In this document: one piece after another, positions 16,619 to 24,213 of the stretch | Layout of the letters: each line of letters opens with the position of its first letter | Numbering within the stretch: position 1 is the stretch's first letter | Origin: Maribacter sp. | Lineage (GTDB): Bacteria; Bacteroidota; Bacteroidia; Flavobacteriales; Flavobacteriaceae | NCBI RefSeq assembly: GCF_016744255.1 | Contig: NZ_JADGES010000004.1 | Location: forward strand, 10,142 to 74,141 | DNA length: 64,000 bases | Reading direction: 5' to 3' | The notes under the pieces: model-generated | Databases searched by the model: none | What the model was told of the DNA's origin: nothing | Seen by the model: only the letters and a program-made list of their open reading frames with translations | Made by a program: the position numbers and the translations under genes

Positions 16619-18100
16619 AGCGATATATTAAAACAACTTGTCACATTCGACAAAACGATTGTACAACCTGTTTATATACAAGTAGCACAACAAATTATAA
16701 ATGCGATACAACGTGGCTATTTAGAAAAAGGCGGTAAGCTACCTGGAACACGTATTTTAAGTCAGTTGTTAAACATTCATCGCAATACAGCTGTTGCTAT
16801 TTACGAAGAATTGGCTTCACAAGGTTGGGTAGATATTATTGCTAATAAAGGGACTTTTGTTTTGGTTCCAGAGGAATCTACAGTGAAAATTAAAGCAACA
16901 GCTCAGCTTATTCATCAGGCTTATACGTATCCAAAAGTAGCTGGTTTTCCTTTTCAACAGTCCTTTCATTTGGCTTCAACAACAGAAGAAACTTCATCAA
17001 AATACACAATAAGCGATGGTAAACCAGATTTACGTTTACATCCCGTGTACCAGTTTTCTAGATGGTACAGTGCAGCAATGAAACGGAAACCATTAATTAA
17101 TAAATGGAATAGAACAAGTGCTTTAACTCCTTCGGTTTTTAGCACACAACTTTGTAATTATTTAAACGCAACACGAGGATTTCATATAAAACCAAATAAT
17201 TTAGTAAATACACGTAGCACAGAAATGAGCCTGTACATAGTTTCTCAATTATTAATTAAACACGATGATTTAGTGTTGGTTGGGCAATTGAGTAATTATG
17301 CAGCTAATATGATTTTTCAACAAGCTGGCGCAGCGATTAGAACAATTCCTGTAGATAGTGAAGGTCTAAATATAGAGTATATAAAAACGCATTTTGTAAA
17401 AGGAAGTATACGCTGTGTGTATGTTTGTGCCAATAGAGATTATCCTACAACTGTAACGTTGAGCGCAAAACGACGATTACAATTATTGCAATTAGCAAAA
17501 ACGCATGGATTTGCCATTATAGAAGATGATTACGACTACGATTTTCAGTTTGACGGGTCTGCAATGTTACCAATGGCAAGTGCAGATGCCAACGGAATGG
17601 TTATTTATTTGGGCAAGCTAGGGCAGTCGTTATTTCCAAGTTTCCACACGGGCTTTGTAGTAGCGCCAGAAAACTTGATTTCTGAAGCTAAAAACTATTT
17701 GCAATTATTGGATAAACAAGGAGATTTAATACAAGAACAAATGCTTTCTGAACTTATTTCTGAAGGCGAAATATATAGACTTAAGAAAAAAAACATAGTC
17801 ACTTACAAACAGCGTCGCGATAGTTTATGCCATTTTTTAAATTTTTATTTTGAAGGTATTACAACTTGGGAAATGCCCTTAGGTGGTTTGGCAATATGGT
17901 TGCAATTTGTAGAAACAATATCCTTAGTGAAACTTGCTGAGGAAGCCGAAAAATTAGATTTATTTCTACCAAAAACTATTTTATATCAAGATAAAAATAC
18001 CTGTGCTATACGTTTTGGCTTTGGGCAATTAAATGAAGAAGAAATCGAAATTGTAATTAAGAAGTTGAAAAGTGCTTATAATAAGGTTATTAATCTTTAA
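16604..18100 (+). CDS. MocR/GabR family regulator (GntR wHTH + PLP-aminotransferase-like domain)
   Basis: VYIQVAQQIINAIQRG..LPGTRILSQLLNIHRNTAVAIYEELASQGW wHTH; IIEDDYDYDF motif; divergent from the TBDR. Confidence 0.93.
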   Translation: MNSPVSDILKQLVTFDKTIVQPVYIQVAQQIINAIQRGYLEKGGKLPGTRILSQLLNIHRNTAVAIYEELASQGWVDIIANKGTFVLVPEESTVKIKATAQLIHQAYTYPKVAGFPFQQSFHLASTTEETSSKYTISDGKPDLRLHPVYQFSRWYSAAMKRKPLINKWNRTSALTPSVFSTQLCNYLNATRGFHIKPNNLVNTRSTEMSLYIVSQLLIKHDDLVLVGQLSNYAANMIFQQAGAAIRTIPVDSEGLNIEYIKTHFVKGSIRCVYVCANRDYPTTVTLSAKRRLQLLQLAKTHGFAIIEDDYDYDFQFDGSAMLPMASADANGMVIYLGKLGQSLFPSFHTGFVVAPENLISEAKNYLQLLDKQGDLIQEQMLSELISEGEIYRLKKKNIVTYKQRRDSLCHFLNFYFEGITTWEMPLGGLAIWLQFVETISLVKLAEEAEKLDLFLPKTILYQDKNTCAIRFGFGQLNEEEIEIVIKKLKSAYNKVINL

Positions 18101-18197
18101 TAGGACTGTTTTTAGTCTCGCAATATATTTTGAACTCTTTAGTAATAGGAAGTGTAATTCTCGAACAATCAACCGCTAATAACTTAAAATCTTTCCA
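18090..18197 (-). mobile_element. IS4-family (DDE) transposase remnant
   Basis: Reads WKDFKLLAVDCSRITLPITKEFKIYCETKN, resembling the IS4 first-catalytic-Asp motif W-K-G-x-R-L-x-A-x-D-G-S-x-x-x-L-P; stops lie on both sides. Confidence 0.6.
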
Positions 18198-18292
18198 TTG
18201 TTATTTAAAAGGTAAAATTACCATCATTTTATTTTCCTGACACCTCTCATAGTAGTAGTTTAATTTTTTTAGCGAATACCTTTATTCCATAA

Positions 18293-18330
18293 TATAAACC
18301 TAGTTGCTTTTCACTGCAACTAGGTTTATA
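18293..18330. terminator. Terminator hairpin downstream of the AbiH gene
   Basis: TATAAACCTAGTTGC-N8-GCAACTAGGTTTATA, a perfect 15-bp stem. Confidence 0.75.
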
Positions 18331-18358
18331 TCTACTTTAAAAATTGTCTTCTAATTCT

Positions 18359-19462
18359 TTATCCAATCTTTCTCGGTTTTGGCATGGGTTGAGATTTCTC
18401 TTTTGGAACTAATTTCTTCCTCATAAGGCCTTTATCCTTAAAATGTCTAGATATTTCATAAGTCTTGTCTGTAAAATCATCCGAACCATCAGCCCTTTTA
18501 TGATAAAAAATCTTAATAGATTTACAATTATCATGCTCGAATATTTCATTTAACATAGTCCTATCTGACAAACCACAAGAATGTCCAATAACAAATACCT
18601 GAAAATCATTTGATTCAATAAATCTTATCAAATCATGATAATTTTGAGTCTGAGAATACTTAAAAGATTTAATATGAGTAAAAAGACTATTGTTTTTCTT
18701 ATTTTCAAACTTAAGATAGTTTTCATCTAACTCATCTCCAAATCCAAATATTATTGGATTCTCTTTAACCTCTAATTCGCCATGTATATAATTATGCTTT
18801 ACAATATCTTGGTTTGAAATATTTTTTAAATAATTACCTACAGTATCAGTATAGTTAAAATTTAAAAAATAAATAGCTGCTGGATCCAAATCTTGATCCA
18901 AAGTATTAATTACAATATCGTCTCTAATTATCTTTTGCGAAAAAAGATTTGAATAAACTTTACCAAAAAAGTTAACTTCAGATATTTTAAGGCTAATTAA
19001 ATATTCATTCAGTTTTATTCCAATAAAGGTAAACTGGGAATTTAACTTTTCAACTGCTTCCTTTTTTTCTTTTATAATAATTAAATATTGAAAATAACTA
19101 GCTTCAATATCTACCCAATTTAAATCAGTGAGTTTTGTATAAAGAAATTCAAAAAAAGGTGAATGAAATATAACATTCACCTTTACCATACTTGAAATTT
19201 TAGATGATTTGAGATTTTTAATGTGTTCTCTAATATCATCGAAATTATTAATTATTAATTCAAAATCAGAAGTAAACATATAGCTGCTTGCATATGACAA
19301 CTCAAACAATTGATCTTCATAAGAGTCTTTCTCATGAAAAATAATAATTGCCTTTTTAAAATAATCAAAAATAAAATCCTTGTAGCTTGTTTTGAGACCG
19401 TGCGCCAAATCAAAACCGTTCCCTAATAATACAAGCCTATTCATTTGACCATTTTTAGCCAT
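18359..19462 (-). CDS. AbiH family abortive-infection (anti-phage) protein
   Basis: RLVLLGNGFDLAHGLKTSYKDF, FLNFNYTDT, YIHG..NPIIFGFGDE and IGHSCGLSD motifs. Confidence 0.88.
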   Translation of the reverse strand: MAKNGQMNRLVLLGNGFDLAHGLKTSYKDFIFDYFKKAIIIFHEKDSYEDQLFELSYASSYMFTSDFELIINNFDDIREHIKNLKSSKISSMVKVNVIFHSPFFEFLYTKLTDLNWVDIEASYFQYLIIIKEKKEAVEKLNSQFTFIGIKLNEYLISLKISEVNFFGKVYSNLFSQKIIRDDIVINTLDQDLDPAAIYFLNFNYTDTVGNYLKNISNQDIVKHNYIHGELEVKENPIIFGFGDELDENYLKFENKKNNSLFTHIKSFKYSQTQNYHDLIRFIESNDFQVFVIGHSCGLSDRTMLNEIFEHDNCKSIKIFYHKRADGSDDFTDKTYEISRHFKDKGLMRKKLVPKEKSQPMPKPRKIG

Positions 19463-19483
19463 AATATTTTCAAAAATATTTAA

Positions 19484-20926
19484 CTATTCTTCCGCATCGT
19501 CTTTTAATGCTTCTTTTTTGTTAGACCCATCTTCCACTGCAACAGCACCATCAACAATATCTTTTCCTTTTAAATATTCTGGTAATTGCATTCCAGCCAT
19601 ATTAAACATTTCCTGCAATGGAGGAACAGATTTATACATTCCAGAAATAAAGTTAGCTGTAGATCCCTTACCATCAGCAGTTTTTGCTCCAGAATCCCAC
19701 ACAGTAACCTTATCAATTTTAATATTCTTAATAGCTTCGGCCTGCGTTCTTACTAATTCTGGCAACTTGTCAGCAACTAACAATAGAACAGCATCTTTAG
19801 GACTATCCCCTGCTGCTTTTACAATCTGTTCTAAACCAGCAGCTTGCTTCGTTAACACCTCATACATACCTTTTGCTTCTGCTTGCGCTTTAAAAAGTAT
19901 GGCATCCGCCTCTCCTTTTGCTATTCTACGAGTTCTTTCCGCATCCGCTTCTGCATCTATCTCTACTTTCTTTTTATCAATTTCTGCAGGAACAATAATA
20001 TCTGCCATTTGAGAACTTCTTTCTCTTTCTGCTCTAGCAACTTCCGCATTTTGTTCTGCTGCGTAAGATTCTTCTAATGCTTTGGCAGATTGCACTTTTT
20101 CCGAAGCAATAGCCACTCTTTCTGCTTCTGCTTCTCTTTGCCTACGTAAGGAATCGGAGTTGGCTACATTAATTTTTGCAATATTTTCCCCTTCCACAGC
20201 CTGTGCGTTAGCAGCAGCTACTTGTGTTCTTTCATCTTGTACTGCATTAGCTTCTCCAATAGAACCATCTCTAGTCTTTTCTGCTACCGATTTACGCGCT
20301 GCATTTATTGCGTGTGCTGCGGCCTCTTTACCAAGCGCCTCAATATATCCAGATTCATCTACAATATCTGTAATATTTACGTTGATTAATTTAAGTCCCA
20401 CTTTCTTAAGTTCTGACTCCACACTTTTAGAAATGTTAGTCAAAAATTTATCTCTATCCGAGTTAATTTCTTCAATATCCATAGAAGCTACAACCAAACG
20501 TAATTGACCAAAAATAATCTCTTGTGCTAAGTCTTGAATCTCATTTTGCCCCAAGCCTAACAAACGTTCTGCTGCGTTTTGCATAATACCTGGTTCTGTA
20601 GAAACACCAATAGTAAACCTAGAAGGTACATTTACTCTAATATTCTGCTTACTCAATGCATTTATTAAGTTTACTTCTATAGATATAGGCGTTAAATCTA
20701 AAAACTCATAATCTTGAATAACTGGCCAAATAAAAGCGGCTCCACCGTGTACACATTTTGCAGAATTGCCATCGCCAACTTTACCATAGACCACTAAAAT
20801 ACGATCCGATGGGCAACGCTTATACCTACGTATAAATGAAATAATAATGATAAAAAAGAAAAGAACAGCAAAGCCCAAAGTAAGCAATGTAGCACTTCCT
20901 CCTAATTGTAATGGTAATAATAGCAT
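19484..20926 (-). CDS. Flotillin / SPFH (band 7) family membrane scaffold protein
   Basis: N-terminal TM, RYKRCPSDRILVVYG, GGAAFIWPVIQ SPFH domain and an Ala/Glu-rich flotillin coiled coil. Confidence 0.92.
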   Translation of the reverse strand: MLLLPLQLGGSATLLTLGFAVLFFFIIIISFIRRYKRCPSDRILVVYGKVGDGNSAKCVHGGAAFIWPVIQDYEFLDLTPISIEVNLINALSKQNIRVNVPSRFTIGVSTEPGIMQNAAERLLGLGQNEIQDLAQEIIFGQLRLVVASMDIEEINSDRDKFLTNISKSVESELKKVGLKLINVNITDIVDESGYIEALGKEAAAHAINAARKSVAEKTRDGSIGEANAVQDERTQVAAANAQAVEGENIAKINVANSDSLRRQREAEAERVAIASEKVQSAKALEESYAAEQNAEVARAERERSSQMADIIVPAEIDKKKVEIDAEADAERTRRIAKGEADAILFKAQAEAKGMYEVLTKQAAGLEQIVKAAGDSPKDAVLLLVADKLPELVRTQAEAIKNIKIDKVTVWDSGAKTADGKGSTANFISGMYKSVPPLQEMFNMAGMQLPEYLKGKDIVDGAVAVEDGSNKKEALKDDAEE

Positions 20927-20930
20927 ATAG

Positions 20931-21509
20931 TTATTTATTTAATAGTTCAACAATTAATATTCCGTTATTAGTAACCTCTTTTACTTTAACCACATCTCCT
21001 TGGACGAGGTCTCTTTTTTCTTCGGTTAAAGCATCTAATTCTCGCAAAGTACCCTGCACTGTAATACTCACTTTACCAATTTTAGACCTTTTATTCCCTA
21101 TCGTTAAATACACTTCCCCGATTTGATTCAGTGCGTTGTTTAATTTTAAAGTTCCGCTACTTTGCAGTTTTCCCAAATAATAAAATATTGAAGCCATTGC
21201 TAGCATCATAAGCAATCCACAAACAATAGATATTATTACGGTTAGTGTTTTAGATAAACCCCCATCTAAACAAGAAATTCCAGACCATCCAAAAATAGTA
21301 AGGAAACCCATTAAATTTTTAAAACTTAAAAATTGAAAACCTATTCCAGCATCACCATCAATTTCCGCATCTACATCGCCATCCATTCCATCGGTATCAC
21401 CACCTACCAATGTAAGTATCAATAATATGATAAAAATAACAGAGGAAACCCCAGCAATAGACCAATAAATCTTCTCAAAAAGTGATAACGCAGCAAACCA
21501 TTCTTCCAT
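20931..21509 (-). CDS. NfeD-like / YqiJ-like membrane protein, flotillin partner
   Basis: Three TM helices plus a C-terminal OB-fold (GEVYLTIG..GKVSITVQGTLRELDA); 4 nt upstream of the flotillin gene. Confidence 0.8.
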   Translation of the reverse strand: MEEWFAALSLFEKIYWSIAGVSSVIFIILLILTLVGGDTDGMDGDVDAEIDGDAGIGFQFLSFKNLMGFLTIFGWSGISCLDGGLSKTLTVIISIVCGLLMMLAMASIFYYLGKLQSSGTLKLNNALNQIGEVYLTIGNKRSKIGKVSITVQGTLRELDALTEEKRDLVQGDVVKVKEVTNNGILIVELLNK

Positions 21510-21578
21510 AAATTATAATATTTAGGTTAGTAATTCTAAGATAGAGTATTTTTTGAAAAAGGATAAGAAAAATCTTTC

Positions 21579-21850
21579 TTATTTGGAAAGCAAAATAGAA
21601 ACAGTATTACCGCCAAAACCAACAGCATTTACCATTATTTTATTCATTTTTGATTGGCGACTACTTTCTACAAATGGAACACCTATAAACTCTTAATGTA
21701 TTAACATTAACACAGCAAATTTTAAACTTAATGAGCCCGATGCTCCGAAAGTATGCCCTAGTTTCCATTTATTAGTAGTTAAATGTGCTGCTTTGTTACA
21801 AAAAACTTTTCAATAGCCTCTCTAGAAGCCAACAATGCATATGGATCCGT
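21579..21850 (-). pseudogene. Beta-ketoacyl synthase (FabB/FabF-like) remnant
   Basis: ...YALLASREAIE[K, 1-nt deletion]VFCNKAAHLTTNKWKLGHTFGASGSLSLKFAVLMLIH*EFIGVPFVESSRQSKMNKIMVNAVGFGGNTVSILLSK*. It keeps the KAS motifs KxxxGHTxGASG and NxxGFGG, with an internal TAA at 21693-21695. Confidence 0.8.
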
Positions 21851-21946
21851 AACTTAGGCTACGCTTATATTTCCTATTTCATCTGAACAAATAATAATTC
21901 AAATTTATTTCAGCCCTTTTGAAAATTATTTGGTATTATATCTATC

Positions 21947-23473
21947 TTGCAAAGATGGGAAATAATCGTATACTACTTGATGCTTAAAACAGTAATATCT
22001 ACATTAACACCTAATTATTCACAATTAAAAAGCAGAAGTGTATTTTTATTACTTTCTGCTATTTCTTTTGTACTACGCTTTCCTTTTTTTTTCAGAGATT
22101 ATATAGATAGAGACGAAAGTACTTTTATTCTTTTAGGTCAATCATGGGTGGAAGGCCATCTGCCATATACAGAGCTTTGGGATTTAAAACCTCCTATTAC
22201 TTATATTTTCTTTGCTGGGATTATTGCTGCCTTTGGGAAAAGCTTTATTGCCATAAGAGCGGTTGGTGTTTTAATTGTTGCTATTACAGCTTTTTTTACC
22301 TTTAAAATTGCAATACAACTAACCACAAGAAAAACAGCTTTTTGGGCTTCTTTTCTATGTGTGTGTCTACTAAGTATGTTTGGTAGCCTACAAGGGGTAA
22401 TGTCCGAACATATATGCATGTTCTTTTTTATGCCCGCCCTTTATATTGTACTTAGCTATAATCAATGGCAATGGCACGCCATTGCAGGTTTACTATTTGG
22501 ATTATCTGTAATGACCAAACTAAATATGGCCTACCCTGTACTTATAATTGGTTTGTATACCTTATATATTGCAATAAAAAACAAAAACATTAGTAAAGGG
22601 CTTCTTCATTCTTTTGCCTTTGGCACGGGCATTATATTACTTATTTTTTTAACCATTATTCCATATTATATACATGGAAATACAGAAATATGGTGGAAAT
22701 CTGTAATTCTGGCCCCATTAGAATACACTAACGCAAGGAGATATTCTATTTTTAAAATGGCTCCGATTTTTATTATCATAGGTACTTTTTTCTTTTTTTC
22801 TTGGAAAAATAAGTCTTTAAATTTTAGCAATAAAAAGCTTCAATTATTACTATTAGTTGTCTTTGGAATACTAGTTTCTTTTATAAAAGGAGGTAGAATT
22901 AATGGGCACTATTTAATACAATTACATCCCATCTTTATCATTTTAGTGGCAATTGTAGTTTCTAAGATTACTTTTTTTAAAAAATGGAATTACCAGACTT
23001 TGGTGTTCTTTTCATTAGTACTGCTTCCCATGGAGAGTTATTTAGAAATAGGAAACATCATAAAAAACAAAATACAAAGAGGAACTTTTTTCAATGGCGA
23101 GGGCATTTCTGTACCTAAATATATTTTAGATAATAATATTTCTACCGAAAACATTCTCTTTTTAGAATACCATATTGGTTACTGGCAATTAGGAAAACTG
23201 CCTCTAACCAAGGCAGCAACACACCCCAGTAATTTATGCAGAGATGAGCTTTTTTCTTTTTATGACAACCCTAGAAAGGACTCTACAGAAGAACTCCGAC
23301 ACATTATGGAAGTATTACAACCGCAAACTGTGGTAATACGAAAGGGTAAAAGGGTTTTTGATAAAAAAGAACTAGAAGAGAACGAATACATAGACACCTA
23401 CCTTTCCGAACATTATACTTTAAAATCTACTGTAGAAAGAGCAGAAATATTACAACGCTTAGAGGGACATTAA
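21947..23473 (+). CDS. GT-C fold membrane glycosyltransferase (ArnT/PMT-like); true start probably the ATG near 21980
   Basis: Polytopic membrane protein with DRDESTF and WDLKPP first-loop motifs and a soluble C-terminal domain. Confidence 0.75.
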   Translation: MQRWEIIVYYLMLKTVISTLTPNYSQLKSRSVFLLLSAISFVLRFPFFFRDYIDRDESTFILLGQSWVEGHLPYTELWDLKPPITYIFFAGIIAAFGKSFIAIRAVGVLIVAITAFFTFKIAIQLTTRKTAFWASFLCVCLLSMFGSLQGVMSEHICMFFFMPALYIVLSYNQWQWHAIAGLLFGLSVMTKLNMAYPVLIIGLYTLYIAIKNKNISKGLLHSFAFGTGIILLIFLTIIPYYIHGNTEIWWKSVILAPLEYTNARRYSIFKMAPIFIIIGTFFFFSWKNKSLNFSNKKLQLLLLVVFGILVSFIKGGRINGHYLIQLHPIFIILVAIVVSKITFFKKWNYQTLVFFSLVLLPMESYLEIGNIIKNKIQRGTFFNGEGISVPKYILDNNISTENILFLEYHIGYWQLGKLPLTKAATHPSNLCRDELFSFYDNPRKDSTEELRHIMEVLQPQTVVIRKGKRVFDKKELEENEYIDTYLSEHYTLKSTVERAEILQRLEGH

Positions 23474-23835
23474 TTTATCTCTAAACAAATTGCATACTTC
23501 TAAATCACTTCTTTATTAAATTCCTTCTCTTCGTTGATTCGGCCTATAATAGTAGCTCTTATTTTCTTTATAATAATATTTTCTGTGGTAGGGTGCTCAT
23601 CTTCACTAAATAGTTATGGCACATTAAAACTTTTTTCTTGCAGAGCAAAGACTGTCTATAAGGTAGGATTAATACTTCCCAGATAGCATCTAGAAACAAC
23701 CACTACTTTATGTTCCTGTTTAATTATATCTAATACCGTATCTGTATCATTCAAAGGAACTAATAATCCGCCTGCTCCCTCAATAACCAAATGATTATCT
23801 GTTACTGAAGCTACAATATTTTCTAACTTTATTCC
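23470..23835 (-). pseudogene. bioD: Dethiobiotin synthase remnant (C-terminal half, three in-frame stops)
   Basis: GIKLENIVASVTDNHLVIEGAGGLLVPLNDTDTVLDIIKQEHKVVVVSRCYLGSINPTL*TVFALQEKSFNVP*LFSEDEHPTTENII...EVI*KYAI... It has the BioD EGAGG and LGxINH-like motifs. Stops are at 23656-8, 23614-6 and 23500-2, and the N-terminal P-loop half is absent. Confidence 0.9.
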
Positions 23836-24212
23836 GGTTTAGTTATCATACCACATTGAAGGCATTTGTATTTTCTTTTTTCGAAAAAAGGAAATAGCTT
23901 GTGAAATATTCCTTTGCGAGAGTAATATACATCTGATTTTTCTGCCTTACAGTTTGGGCATTTTATTGGATCTCCGTCACAATCTATTGCATAAGCACGT
24001 ATTTCATTATAAATTTTCAGAGCCCGTTCTTTATCCTTAGCGTATACTTGTAGTTTTACTCCACCAATAGCATTGCTAATTATCGGGTCCGAGTTTAACG
24101 TGTTTTCATCTCTTAAAAAAACAGGAATTCCTTCGGATTCTAATTTCCCTTTAATAATCTGCACATCAGCTGCAAACTCAAACGATCCTAAGATGTAAAA
24201 TTTTTCTTCCAT
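23829..24212 (-). CDS. DUF2007 family protein with a C-terminal zinc ribbon
   Basis: KGKLESEGIPVFLRDE..GGVKLQV DUF2007 motif; CPNC...CLQC; starts 1 nt after the bioF stop. Confidence 0.8.
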   Translation of the reverse strand: MEEKFYILGSFEFAADVQIIKGKLESEGIPVFLRDENTLNSDPIISNAIGGVKLQVYAKDKERALKIYNEIRAYAIDCDGDPIKCPNCKAEKSDVYYSRKGIFHKLFPFFEKRKYKCLQCGMITKPE

Positions 24213-24213
24213 A

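Noticed and set aside
21850-21950. Search for a bioA remnant between the KAS scar and the glycosyltransferase
   Set aside because: No aminotransferase class III motif was recognised in the frames I read.
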